Of a stretch of 64,000 nt of DNA, positions 27,578 to 42,427 are shown piece by piece. The notes beneath the pieces were generated by a model. The model worked only from the letters and a program-made list of their open reading frames with translations. It had not been told where the DNA came from and searched no databases. Position 1 is the first letter of the stretch, and each line of letters opens with the position of its first letter. The position numbers and the translations under genes are program-made. Where the stretch lies: positions 22,258,001 to 22,322,000 of the forward strand of contig OZ024745.1 of assembly GCA_964016885.1 (NCBI GenBank). Reading direction: 5' to 3'. The DNA is from Eledone cirrhosa. Taxonomy: Eukaryota.

Positions 27578-28465
27578 CTAGCAGTGGTACCCGGCGTTGC
27601 ACGGGATAAGGTATTTTGGAACGCGGGCCGCCAATAGACCTAAAAACTGCATGCCTGGGCAATATGTAAAGAAAATAAACCGAATTCTCTGATGGCTGGA
27701 TAATATTTAAGATTTTCCTCGATGAAGAAGGAAAAATGCAGGTTTTCATCTAATGCAGGCCCTAGGGGATCAAGAAAATGAATTTTTTTATGTGCATAAT
27801 ATGCCTTGAAATTTCTGGAAAATCGGCTAGAAAAAAGCCCTAAGAAGCTGAAAAAATGAAGTTTTTCACCTAATGCGGGCCCTAGGCCATAAGAAGGTTG
27901 GATTTTATTTGCTTACGGTATGAAGAAGAGACTGACTAATACAATTACAATTTCAAGGAAATCGGTCTGACGTAACGCCTCAAAAAAACCCTAAAAATGT
28001 TAAACAACGCAGTTTTTCACCTAATGCGGGCCCTGGGAGATACAAAAAGTTGTGCATAACACTCCCTGAAACATAAGTAATACACATGTAAAGTTTGAAA
28101 AAAATCGGTTGGGTACTTCTCGAGTTTTAGGGATTCAAACTCACACACACACACAAACATCCTCAAGGAAGTGACGTAATGCAGACAGTCAGACATACAG
28201 ACAGATATTATAAGGGCGCGACGTTATAAGTATGTATCTATCTAAAAAGAGAGAGACTAAGAATTATAGAGCGGGATCGCTAAATCGCGTAATGTGGTCC
28301 CTGGGGCATAGAAAATTTGAAAATTTCTTTGCTCAGAACACTTGCTTAAACATAATTATTACATGTGTAAAGTTTGAAAACAGTCGGTTGGGTAGTTCTC
28401 AAGTTTTAGGGATTCGAACTCACACGCACACAGACAGACATCCTCAGTTTTATATATATATATAT
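27578..28465 (-). mobile_element. Non-autonomous Helitron-like element
   Basis: 3' end cccgtgcaacgccggg-taccactg-CTAG-T; 5' region tatataaaactgaggatgtctgtctgtg; internal repeats of ctaatgcgggccct; 5' block duplicated (~28080-28165 vs ~28360-28446). Confidence 0.7.
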
Positions 28466-28913
28466 TTTCATAATCACGCATGATGTTAAACTAGCCTGCT
28501 TTTAAATTCCCTTTTTGGCATATTAATCAGTGAGAATTTGGCTATCGTGTTGAGCTCTGCTGAGGATCGAAATCCAACCGTGACCATCTCCACTGAAAGT
28601 TTTCGTGAAATATTCTTTTCAAGACTATACTGAGCATTTGTAGTTGTCCCAAATTGAAGGATGAGTATTTTAGACTTTGTTTTATCATGAGTTAAAGCTC
28701 TATTGATTTTTCCCTGGATTTCACTAAATTCTGTTGGATAAATCTATATCCTGATTCTTTTTGAATTGAGTTTGCATTATTTTTCCCACATCTTACGTTA
28801 ACTATTTTCCCATTTTGACACTATAGTCACTTATATATTATGGAATACTGTTGGCTTCTTGCTACAATACTTTCTATACCTTTCATTTATATATATATAT
28901 ATATATATATATA

Positions 28914-29140
28914 GTAATAATAATAAATGCGAAGACTAAAATCCAAAGAGGGCTCAATGAGGATAGATATATATCAAATATATAAGAACCCTAGAGCAAA
29001 TATTTATTAAAATTAACAGATTAAAGTTTAAGGAAAGAATCGCTGCTTTCACCCTTAATGGGATCTTCTGAAACTCAGAAGACCCGTTAAGGGTGAAAGC
29101 AGCGATTCTTTGCTTAAACTTTAATCTGTTATTTAAATAA

Positions 29141-29143
<3 letters not shown>
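28914..29143. mobile_element. Small fold-back PLE-like element in (TA)n (family also at 36066-36160, 41390-41585, 41648-41890)
   Basis: ~65-bp inverted arms centred near 29073; one arm carries an extra tail; (TA)n flanks. Confidence 0.65.
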
Positions 29144-29181
<38 letters not shown>

Positions 29182-29670
29182 GAGTAGGTGAACATTTTTA
29201 GAAAATGTTTAAATATCAAACGAAGAAAATTACTGTAACTACAGTTGATTGCTATAAATAATACGTTAGAATATCGAATAAATGCCCTTTGAGACGGGGA
29301 AAAAAAACTGGATAGCAACCACTACGATATTTGTGAGGTACGAAATTCGTTTCTATGTGATGACAGCTATGACCATTTTTTGCGTTTGAGATTTCTAATT
29401 TCCTTCTAATATATTTATAAATATATTTATAAAACGTTTGACAGATTCTTCAAACAAGTTGTGTGCAAATCTATCGCCAGATCTCAGGGAAATATATAGG
29501 TCGATGAAAGTGCCTTACAGTTTCCTAATGAATAGTTAATAGTGTATGAGTGAGGGTGGGGGGATTAAACATTTCTATAAAGATTGACCGATGTCAAGAT
29601 AGTTTGCCTATATACGTCTACACATTCACACTAATGCAGATTTCATTAATCCTGTCCAAAGGCATATACG

Positions 29671-29706
<36 letters not shown>

Positions 29707-30416
29707 TATATGTAGATGTGTGTGTATCTATATATATTTATGTATGTATATATATATGTTTGTGTGTGTGTGCGTTTTCATACGTATCTATAAGTTTAAA
29801 TATGTGTTTATGTTTGTTGGAATGTATGTATATATGTATACGAGTATATATCTAGCTTTCTCAATCTCTTATGACTCTCTTCTTTTTCTCCAGTTTTCAC
29901 ACAAATATATATAAATATATTTATATAAATTAGTAATTATCTACGTACTTAAATAGATGCGCGGAAATGATTAGTACATATTTAGATAGATATATGTGTA
30001 TATAATGATTTATCATTATTTAAATATTCACCAATCATTGGTACATTAACGGATTAAATTCTTAGTAGTGCTTGATAATGTTTCTATGATGACATCTCTA
30101 GTACTGGTGCCAGCACAAAACACACGGTGCAATATAAAGTGCGGAAACGTATATAAGTGAGATGCAGTATCCTGTTCATCTGAAAAATCTGTAGTACTTA
30201 ATCGGAACTACAGAATTTATATATATATATATATAAAGAAAAAAAGATGAAATCGAAAATGCAACTGGAGTCTTATTTAAAAAAAATATATATATATATA
30301 TTTATTTGGTTCCTTTACCGGTTTCAAAAGTAGAGTTGAGATGGAGGGTCTGTGGTTTTTCTCACATCTGGTTGGTCTTTCAATGTTACTTGTTTTATAT
30401 GGAAAAAAGTGTCTCC

Positions 30417-30504
<88 letters not shown>

Positions 30505-30649
30505 TATGTTGGTTGTTTACCGACACGAATTCATATGATTCCAGTTCCTCAGAGAAATAACAACCCAACCAGGAACTGGGCATATCGGAGTATTGACGGA
30601 GTTAAACACCTCAACAACACGTGTACCTGTCTCTACCACACCAATTCGG

Positions 30650-30704
30650 ACTGCCTGAAGAGGTCACAGGAGAAGATGATTGTCACCGAAATATATATAC
30701 CAGT
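30650..30704 (+). ncRNA. Type I hammerhead ribozyme fold (PLE-associated)
   Basis: actgc-CTGAAGA-ggtcacag...ttgtcacc-GAAA-tatata-TA-ccagt, followed by AATAAA; one mismatch in helix I. Confidence 0.65.
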
Positions 30705-30788
30705 ACACATTTAATAAACGAAGCTAAATTTTAAATATTTGACTTATTTATTTTATTTTATTTTATATACATATATATATATATATAT

Positions 30789-31790
30789 ATAAGGAATTTA
30801 TATCTAGTAACATTTATATACACACAGATGCATATCAATGCTAGCAAATATATAGGTTTTGTCTTATTAACAATGTGGTTCAATGCATGGGGTTGCAGAA
30901 CAATAATATGAGAGACGTAAAATAAGAAAATTATAAAATTAACTTACTTACTAAAAAATCACTTCCAACTAATTAGTTTCTGGAATGGAGTAAATATATT
31001 TTCCGAAGAAATTTATAGAAAATCATTCCGTCATCAGGAAAGTCTTTTTCCGTATAGGTCTCCAGGCATAGCGAGGACACTGGAAACTTATTAAAAAAAT
31101 AATTCAGTGGAATGGAAATAGCGATGCGTGGACTGGATTCCAAGCCATTGAGAAAATCACCGCCTTCACGTCCGTGGCAAATTCAAAAAGAATCAATCAC
31201 GTGACATCGAGGTCAATCAGTGGGAAGCGAGTGGTTATTAAGACAGCGGCCAGCTTACTACCATAGTAGCAGTCATGGCCAAATATTGCTCGACAAATGA
31301 GTTGGAGATAATTATAAGGAATTTATATCTCGTAACATTTATATACACACAGATGCATATCAATGCTAGAAAATATATAGGTTTTGTCTTATTAACAATG
31401 TGGTTCAATGCATGGGGTTGCAGAACAATAATATGAGAGACGTAAAATAAGAAAATTATAAAATTAACTTACTTACTAAAAAATCACTTCCAATTAATTA
31501 GTTTCTGGAATGGAGTAAATATATTTTCCGAAGAAACACATTGAAAATCATTCCGTCATCAGGAAAGTCTTTTTCCGTATAGGTCTCCAGGCATAGCGAG
31601 GACACTGGAAACTTATTAAAAAAATAATTCAGTGGAATGGAAATAGCGATGCGTGGACTGGATTCCAAGCCATTGAGAAAATCACTGCCTCCACGTCCGT
31701 GGCAAATTCAAAAAGAATCAATCACGTGACATCGAGTTTTTTAGTAAGTAAGTTAATTTTATAATTTTCTTATTTTACGTCTCTCATATA
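30789..31790 (-). mobile_element. PLE-like 525-bp direct tandem plus inverted terminal segment, flanked by (TA)n
   Basis: Repeat period 525 (tcatcagg at 31031 and 31556); 31737-31790 is the reverse complement of ~31430-31483. Confidence 0.75.
30961..31043 (-). ncRNA. Type I hammerhead ribozyme variant (second copy 31486-31568)
   Basis: actttc-CTGATGA-c-ggaatg...cattcc-a-GAAA-ctaattag-TT-ggaagt; palindromic helix III and 6-bp helix I. Confidence 0.6.
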
Positions 31791-31991
31791 TATATATATA
31801 TGAAATGTTGGGTAAATATTCTATAGCAGTTGGACGCTGCTGTGGCGTATTTATTTACTGTTTCTTCATAGGTGCCTTTTATTCTTATAGCCTGGTCTAA
31901 TTGATTTTTTGTGTGGTTAATTATGCTGATTGGGAGTAGAGATGATATATATATATTATCAAATAATTCTCTGGACATGCTTTACTCTGTA

Positions 31992-32054
<63 letters not shown>

Positions 32055-32424
32055 CATACTATATTATATTATTAAAACTTCGAAACTGTAGTGATTTTTA
32101 GGGGTTGACTGAAGAGATGGAACTATCCGTCCGTTTTTCCGTTATTTTTTCTTCTCGTATTTCCCATTCTATCTACTGATGCGAGACTAATATCAGAAAC
32201 GTTAAGACACTTTACCTACTATATCAAGCATTAAAGGTATATATTTATATATACCTTCATTGCATTCTGCATCTTTTTTGCTGAGTTGTTTTACGTTTAA
32301 CTTTCGCATATATATATATATACCAACACCTCACTCACCAGAGCGTGAAATTAATAAACATTCGTTGTACTGCCTCTCTGTGTTGTTCCTGTTCAAATTT
32401 TTCCATTATATATATATATATATA

Positions 32425-32835
32425 TAAAATAAAGTTAAATAAAAGTCAAATGATTACAATTTAGCTTTGTTTATTACTGCTATATATATTTCAGTGACAG
32501 CCATCTTTGGCTGTGACCTCTTCAGGCAGTTTGAATTAGTATGGTATAGACAAGTACATATGTTGTTTAGGTGTATAATATTGTCAATACTCTGATATGC
32601 CCAGTTCCTTGTTGGGTTGTTAATTCACTGAGGAACTGGAGTCATATGAATTAACAACCCAACAAGGAACTGGGCATATCAGAGTATTGACAATATTATA
32701 CACCTAAACAACATATGTACTTGTCTATACCATACTAATTCAAACTGCCAAAGATGGCTGTCACTGAAATATATATAGCAGTAATAAACGAAGCTAAATT
32801 TTAATCATTTGACTTTTATTTAACTTTATTTTACG
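32425..32835. mobile_element. PLE-like inverted repeat (~190-bp arms), same family as 30530-30760
   Basis: Left arm to ~32625 is the reverse complement of 32647-32835; (TA)n at the left flank. Confidence 0.75.
32476..32530 (-). ncRNA. Type I hammerhead ribozyme
   Basis: actgc-CTGAAGA-ggtcacagcca(aaga)tggctgtcact-GAAA-tatata-TA-gcagt; perfect 5-bp helix I; AATAAA follows. Confidence 0.75.
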
Positions 32836-32928
32836 CTACTCCGGAGTAATCAAACCAACCTGCGCACTTCGTCGAGTGCTCCAGCCTGCATACTGAGGTG
32901 TTGGTATACAACCAACATAAACTCAAAA

Positions 32929-32970
<42 letters not shown>

Positions 32971-33324
32971 GAAGCGTATAATAAATTGTATATGTATTGC
33001 GTATAATAAATTATGGTACACATCCTTCTACACATACGCACATGCGCGGCGGCTCTTTCCTTGAATGATTGAATTCGTTGAGACATATTGTATCAGAAAA
33101 AATATCAAATTATGATTAGCCAATAGTACATTGAGTTTTAAGTTGTCGACGACAAATAAAGTTAGAAATTGCGTCATTCGTCTATTTTGATCTGTTCAGA
33201 TGTAAGCACAGCCACAACTACCCCCTATATATATAATGTATAACTAGATAAACACGTATGAATTAATAGGAAGGTAGAAGGTTCATTTTTCATATTCCAT
33301 ATATATATGTATATATATGTGTAT

Positions 33325-33477
<153 letters not shown>

Positions 33478-33598
33478 GTTATGCAGAAGTACCGCTTTGG
33501 TTGATCATATCAAACGCGATGCTTATTATTTCAAGTGTTGTTTCAATTTCATCGATCTCTTTTCGTCGAACTGCTAGGTAACAGGTCACACACACATA

Positions 33599-33637
<39 letters not shown>

Positions 33638-34087
33638 ACGCACATGCTCAACACACAGTCTTCCGTCCATCAAACCGAGAATATGGTAGATGCCACGTGT
33701 CCAGGTTACCATGGTGCGGCAATGAAGCTGAAATTATTGGTTGCGACGTTAACACCTTCACCACACAGCCACACCTGTAAAGGTATATGTTTATAAAATA
33801 CATAAAAACAATACTCAATACAAGAATTTGAATTAATATTTTGCTGAGCAACACATAAATGAAAGATTTGGCTGAGGAAAGGGGTCGTGAACTAAATAGC
33901 TGCGGAATCCAATCTCGTGTGTAAGTATGGTCCCATAATCCCTGATGGAATCGTAGAGACACCGTGTTGACATACGACGTTTCTTTGGCATTTCAAAACT
34001 GGTGGGACCCATCACCTTTCCACCTTTGAACATAGCAGATTATTTTTCCAGGGAATAGAAAGTGTGAGAGAGAGAGAGAGAGAGGGG

Positions 34088-34192
<105 letters not shown>

Positions 34193-34784
34193 TGGGAAAG
34201 AGAGATAGAGGAAGAATCGACCTCAGTAGTAGACTGGTACATTTTTATCGACCCCGAAAGGCAACCAATTTATTTCATATAATCAATTATCCTCCCCAAA
34301 ACGTATTTCCAAAGCCAATAACAGTGACTGCTATACGATATAATACTTATTCCATGAGTGATAAAGAAATGAGAAACGAAGTTAATTTGGTCGAAATTTG
34401 AACTCGGGATATTACGATTAGGATATGTTGTAGAGCAATATATGTTCTCTGTTCTGTTCTCTATTAAATCTATTGTTCTTATGTCAAAAGACAATACAGA
34501 CATCAATAATGTGGGATGATAGATAGATATTCTCTTTGTTTACTAATATGAGTTTTCATCAAGCGAAAATTCAATTAGCCCACCGTCATTTCATTCACAG
34601 CTAATTAGGATCTGAAATATATATTGATAATAAATTAGATATTGATTTATTAATTAGGTAGCAGGTCAATTTATTTTTTGTTTTTCTTTAGTTGTGTATT
34701 GCTGTGTGAAATAAGTTAGAGTCAATTAAATCAACTTCCATATATAACTGATACTTATGTTATCGTTATTAGAGAATATAGAAT

Positions 34785-35005
34785 GGCAGTGGATTTGTAC
34801 TAACCGGTAGAACGTCTGACAACATGCTTTGTGGTGTATTGTTACGTCCCTTTACGTTCTGAGTTCAAATACCGCGGGGGTCAACTTTGTCTTTCATATC
34901 TACGGAGTCGATAAAATAAGGTACCAGTAATGCACTGGGGTCAATTTAATCGACTTTCTCTTTCCCTCAAAATTGTTGGCCTTGTGCCTAAATCAGAAAC
35001 TATCA
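34785..35005 (+). mobile_element. tRNA-type SINE
   Basis: Head, core and tail match the other copies. Confidence 0.75.
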
Positions 35006-35734
35006 TTAATGAATATGTGTATATAGTGTATTGGTCATAGAATAGGAGGTAAATACCCATGGAATGGAATCCTGTAAACCGGTTTCGTTTTGTAATTGAG
35101 GCAAATTTCATATATTAAATATAAAGAATGCGGTGTTCATGCGCAGAGATTATATAAAATAATTTATAAAATAGGGTGAAGACCCTGAAATACGGAACTT
35201 CTTTTTCCGTCGTGAAGAGTCTCCATCATATTTTATAAACTATTTTAAGGTATATCCGAGCATGAGTACTCAATTATTTATATTAACTATATTCCCTTAG
35301 CGCTTCGTAAAAGTCCAAGAGATCGCCTTCACATACACTATATTTGTTCATGTATTTCCTTAAGACACTTGAGACAGCATCAACGTTAGCTGTTTTCATT
35401 TCTTACTTTATATATATTTTATAGTAAGTATTAGCAGTATAATGAGACGTCAGAACTCAGTAGAGAATTGGATTAAAAACTCACAACCGAACCTTCTAGC
35501 TGCTTTACAGCTTCTCTTGTTTTCCAGTTTTTCTTTAGCTGTCTTATGTTTATTTTGCCTCCCGTTGACCTTCTCTATATATATATTGTTATTCTATTTT
35601 ATTTTATTTTATTATTTATATTCGCTTATCTCTGTTTCTCTTGTTTTGTTCGCTGTTTTTTTTTATTTCTCAACTGTAAGAAGTACATATATATATGTAT
35701 ATGTATATATATAAATATATATATATATATATAA

Positions 35735-35790
<56 letters not shown>

Positions 35791-36014
35791 GACTTGTCTA
35801 TTCCTTCTCACTTTCCGTTGCTTAAACCATTTTGTTTGTTACCCTAACGTCCCCTTTATTTACGTGTCCCAACGACTTTTTTTAGCCGTTGTTCGCACCA
35901 ACCTGAGGCATATGGCCCTTAAAGCGATGAAATGCCTGGGACGGTTGGAGGGTCACTGATGAAGGACTTACTTTTTCATATGCACCACCATTTGCAACGC
36001 GCAGCCATCATTAT

Positions 36015-36068
<54 letters not shown>

Positions 36069-36153
36069 AAACCGTAGAGCAAATATTAGTTAGTTTCAGA
36101 AGATCCCGTTAAGGGTGAAAGCAGCGATTCTTTGCTTAAACTTTAATCTGTTA

Positions 36154-36199
<46 letters not shown>

Positions 36200-36203
<4 letters not shown>

Positions 36204-36830
36204 CAAAAGGACAAATAAACAAACAAACGCAGGAGTCAATAGTACATAGTGTTAGTATCTTCACGCTTGGTGAAAGTGGAGGAGGGTACGATGTTTCGGA
36301 CATAAGTCCTTCATCAGGGCAGTAGGAAGGGGGAGGGATAGCAAGAAAATTAGAGTCCGAGCGGGAATGTTAGAGGGTAAAGTGTGTGTGTGTATGTGTA
36401 GATGTGCAAGTGTGTGTGTTTGTGTGGTTAAGAGAAGGGGATTTGTGGATGTGGGTTCGTGTGAAATGCGTAGTTGCGTGTGTGTGAAAATGGTGCAAGT
36501 GTCTCTGTGTGTCTAAGTTTCTGAATGGATGATGGTGTGCCTGTGTGTGGATGGTAAATATCCGGGGGTTATAACGGGTGGATTCCGCGTTTGGTAAATT
36601 CCGGGTTCAAGTAGAAGGGAATGGCGATGAGGAAGTGAAATGGTAGTGCGGCATGCGCAACCGGAAATGGTCAAGTCGAAGGAGTGGGAGGAGAGGGTGG
36701 AGAGGGTGATGATGGCAGGACAATATGTGACGAAGGTCAAGGTAGTGTTGGAGGGCGCATAGGCCATCGGCGTAGGGGATGATGGTCTAAAGGGATTTTA
36801 TGGCTAGGGTGAAGAGAAGGGGAGGTGAGC
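36200..36830 (-). mobile_element. Penelope-like element 3' relic with HHR core at 36281-36322
   Basis: Minus strand CTGATGA-a-ggac(ttat)gtcc-GAAA-catcGTA; the upstream ORF SHSFDLTISG...LEPG loosely resembles the GIY-YIG C-terminus; (TA)n at the 3' side. Confidence 0.45.
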
Positions 36831-37096
36831 GGATCTAACAAAAAGACCCATTACATTCTATCTAACTAATTAACAGCATTCTTGACTACAGATTTACCCG
36901 CCGGTTATGTAAGGGTTTCGTTTAAATTATTCATGTTGCTATGGTATCTGTGGCGTCTGTAGTCATTTGATCAAGAACGTATGGAAGACGAGAAAACCGA
37001 CGGCTCTGTATGTTGTAAACAAAATGGATTCATGCGTAAGTACTTCATTGCAAATTAAATGGAATGATGGAATTATACGGGGAACTGTGATAACAA

Positions 37097-37196
<100 letters not shown>

Positions 37197-37250
37197 CTTT
37201 ATTGGAACTGTCTAGCTTCAACTAAGCCCTAGCATCATAGATTACAGAGA

Positions 37251-37349
<99 letters not shown>

Positions 37350-39379
37350 GGCTCTAAAATAATCATGTCATATTTTCCGACATGTCTTATCTGGGACTTA
37401 CATTATCGAATGTATCCTTCCTCCTTGTCAGACGGTAGAATCTGATTTGAAGGAGATAGATCTGTTGCTTCTAGCAGTTTGAAAAATCCCCTAAAACAGC
37501 ATTTCTGGATCTTTTTACCTATGTGGAACGCTTATGGAACCCTTGAAATAGTTTTCATGTCTCAGTGAACCCTTACATAAACATTATTATATACCTTTAT
37601 TAATATCTATCTCGTTTATATTTTTATCATAGTTCACGTGGTAAATATAATTTTTTTTTTCGGATTTTTTTATATACTTATTTTTGGTTATTTGTATATG
37701 TGTGTGTATTTTACCGGAAGCGTAGCGACAAGTAACAACATATTTTTCAATAACATAAGAGGTTGAAACCTTTATTATAATAACCAAGGATTTTCCAACT
37801 ATATGACGTATGGGTAGTAAAATTACATATATAAAATTAAACAAACAATTACTTAAAATTACACACATATATTGCTGTGTTTTAGATCGCTACTACCCTA
37901 CATGTAGGAAATACATGAGTGACAACAAAAGCAAAATACATATAATGAATTACACTTTTACCTTATATTTCAATATTTCGGCTTTATAACAACAAAAAAA
38001 AAAATGGAGACTAAGCGTAGCTCTGATTTGAACAAATATCTGGGAGTAGAGAGTAATGTATCATTTGAAGATTGGCAGCCAATTAACAAAATATCTGAAG
38101 TTGATTCTCACAATTTATTTTTGCCAACTTTATTTCTTTGGGAATTATACATTTCATAAATTTGATGGTGATTTAGTTTTCCTTTTAAGGAAATAGTTCA
38201 ATAATATATAACTAGGAGACCATCTAAACACAGTAATATATACAAGAATATAATACCCCAAAAGATGTCAGGTAATTTTAACAATTAAATAAATCAGGTA
38301 ACTCCTGAGTATAGATAGAATATAATATATTCCTAATAACAGGGATATATAGCTTATACATTACCGTACATTGATCATACGTACAATTGCTAAAGGGGTC
38401 AACTTTAGATTTCATACAATTAGGTTGATAAAAAATGTATCAATCCAGTACAGGGGTCGATTCTTCCTCTGTGTTTTTTTTTTTATTTCTTTCTCATTTC
38501 CATTCTCTCACTCTCTCTTTCCTTCTCTGGAAGAAATCTGCTGTATTCTGACCTGAAGAGGTAATGGGCTCCGTCAGGTTTTAAAATGCCCTAGAAACGC
38601 CATATGTCAATAGGGTACGCCTACGACTCCTTCAAGAGTTGCGGGACCATGCATTAAAATCATGCCCTAGAAAAGCCATAGGTCATTACTGCGCCCCATC
38701 GGGAGTTATGGAACCATGCATACATTCATACATTAATACAATTGCCGAAACAAAACAAATACAAAGGTCATTGGATATTAATGCAGAGACCTGTAGATGA
38801 AAGGTTATATTGGTTTAACCTATTAGGTTTTTATTCAGATTGATTCTCTCATCAAACTAAAGTCCACAAGCCTGCTTATCACATCCGGTGGTCTTACAAC
38901 GTACTCGTTCAGCATCATGAATAGTTTTATACTCCATACACAGTTATTAGATAGACGTTGAACCTATGCTGGTTAAATCCGTCCATCTAGCCACCTTTAG
39001 ATTTGGACCTGTCATTATTAGGGCACGTGAATATGTTACTTCAGTATAAATCTCGAGAAACTGTGCTTCACAAAAACTGAAGGGGCATGGCTAGTTAGGA
39101 AGTTGTTGGTATAGCCCATCAATGAAACTGTAAAAATATGTAAAACATTTCAGAAATTCAGCATGCATATACACGTGTATAGATATAAAAACTTATGCAC
39201 GTGTACACATGTGAATTAACACATGCACATCTACAGAGGCAACAACATCCATACCCGCACATACGTACGTATACACACACAAATACATACAGAGACATTT
39301 ACCTAGTTGATGTCTAAATTCAATGAAAAATACTTTTTTCTATGTTATAAGCCGGATCTATTGGTAAACATTTATAAAA

Positions 39380-39870
39380 TAATTGTTTCTATATTTGGCA
39401 CAAGGCCAGCAATCTGAAGGAAGAGGGCAGTCAATTAAATCGATCCCCGTGGGTTATTGGTACTTTATTTTATCGGCCTAAGGATGTAAAGGGAAGCTAA
39501 CCTTAGCAGGATTTGAACCCATAATGTAAAGGACCGAAACTTATATGCCACAAAGCATGTTGTTCGACGCTCTACCGATAGCGCTAATCAACCAGCCTTT
39601 ATAAAATAATTGTTTCTACTTTAGGCACAAGGCCACCAATTACCCAGTACATTACTGGTACTTATTTTATCGACCCTGTAAGGATGAAAGGCAAAGCACA
39701 AGGCCAGCAAATACCCAGTGTATTACTGGTACTTTATTTTATCGACCCCGTAAGGATGAAAGGCAAAGTCAACCTCGGCGGGATTTGAAGTCAGATCGTA
39801 AAGGGACGTAACTATGCTGGAAAGCATGGCGTCCGACCCTCTACTGATACTCCAATCCACCGCCACCCTT
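39380..39870 (-). mobile_element. Head-to-tail stack of SINEs
   Basis: Two SINEs plus a partial internal duplication, bounded by three copies of tttataaaataat. Confidence 0.8.
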
Positions 39871-40096
39871 TATAAAATAATAAAATCAGAACATACATAC
39901 ATCGGCAGAATCACTGAGCATTGAGCAATATTTGTTCACCTTCCCTAATTTCCAGTTTTCTATTTCCTCTCACGCTAAACTTACAAATTCCCAATCTAGA
40001 TAAACACCTCATAATATTAATTAGTTCGTTTTCAGCTAATTATCACTAGTTTAATCTAATTAAAGATACACATAACATTCCAAGGGCATTACAATT

Positions 40097-40962
<866 letters not shown>

Positions 40963-41034
40963 AAAAACTGATGCTATATATATAGTAAAATAAAACAAGG
41001 ACGAGTGGTTACTCCTTCATTACGTTTATTGGTT

Positions 41035-41118
41035 GGTGACGCGCGTTTCGCCACAGATCGGCTCAACGTTCGTCTGTATCGATCTAGCCCGAATCTGTAA
41101 TCCACGGCTCGTCAGGCC
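41035..41118 (-). ncRNA. Minimal type I hammerhead ribozyme with extended helix II
   Basis: ggc-CTGACGA-gccgtggat...atctgtggc-GAAA-C-GCGC-GTC-acc; palindromic GCGC loop; AATAAA and (TA)n follow. Confidence 0.7.
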
Positions 41119-41346
41119 CCTTATAATGGTAATGAAAAAAAATTATATATATATATATATTTGAAAAAGTACAGAGGTATATTTAAAGATTTCTTTTCTT
41201 TAATCCTACAAGGTGAATATTTTTATAATTGTTGCATTAAATGGATTTAAATGTCAACTATTTTGTCAAATATTTTCGTTTCGATTGGTATGTCAATGTT
41301 ATAAAATAGTAAAAAGTGTTCCTTGTTATATTCGTTGGGCATTTAC

Positions 41347-41389
<43 letters not shown>

Positions 41390-41393
<4 letters not shown>

Positions 41394-41579
41394 ATAATAA
41401 TAAATGTGAAGACTAACATCCGAAGAGGGCTCGATAAGGATAATATATATATATATATCAAAATATATAAAACCATAGAGCAAATATTTATTAAAATAAC
41501 AGATAAAATTTAAGCAAAAGTTTCAGAAGATCCCGTTAAGGGTGAAAGCAGCGATTCTTTGCTTAAACTTTATCTGTTA

Positions 41580-41650
<71 letters not shown>

Positions 41651-41890
41651 ATAATTATAATAAATTTGAAGACTAAAATCCAAATAGGGCTCGATAAGGA
41701 TAAATATATATCAAATATATAAGAACCGTAGAGCAAATATTTATTAAAATAACAGATTAAAGTTTAAGCAAAGAATCGCTGCTTTTAACCTTAAGAGGAT
41801 CTTCTGAAACTGGTTAGTTTCAGAAGATCCCGTTAAGGGTGAAAACAGCGATTCTTTGCTTAAACTTTAATCTGTTATTTTAATAAATAT
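41390..41890. mobile_element. Two further copies of the 28914 fold-back family, separated by (TA)n
   Basis: Shared tttcagaagatcccgttaagggtgaaa arm; hairpin centre ~41813. Confidence 0.7.
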
Positions 41891-42375
41891 ATATATATAT
41901 ATATGCTCTGGCTCGTTAATTTATTAACCTGCCATTCAACCACATTGGCATATGGTTGGATAATACATGTGTCCCTATACGTTTCTGCGTGTAGGGATAT
42001 ATACTTTATTATTATTAATCTCCCCCTGGTCTAGATGAAATTTGGTTGCTTTGATTACTGCTATTTATAGTGGTAGTAGATTGACCTCCCTGCCTCTGAC
42101 TTCTATCTTTGCACACGGCACTGGGCAGAATTGCTTCCACATCATTCATTCTCATCTCGGGAACAATTTTGAATAGCGCCAGTTCATAATTCGAACTCGG
42201 GAATTTTGTATTCTCCGAGTTAAAAGAACCTTCTGACGAGAGTTTATTCAATGGAAGCCCGCAAGGACTATCCATTTATTTTTGAGACTCGAAACCGAAT
42301 CGGTAAAGGTAAACAGTATGTACAGTGAATTTTTTGAAATTTATTTTGAAACTTTTTCTTATTTGCTAAACCTTG

Positions 42376-42425
<50 letters not shown>

Positions 42426-42427
<2 letters not shown>

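Noticed and set aside
40052-40062. P3/RCSI-like palindrome TAATCTAATTA
   Set aside because: A single hit in AT-rich DNA with no identifiable promoter or gene; chance is likely.
42015-42275. 86-aa minus-strand ORF in unique sequence
   Set aside because: No recognisable domain or clear splice context; cannot be supported without a search.
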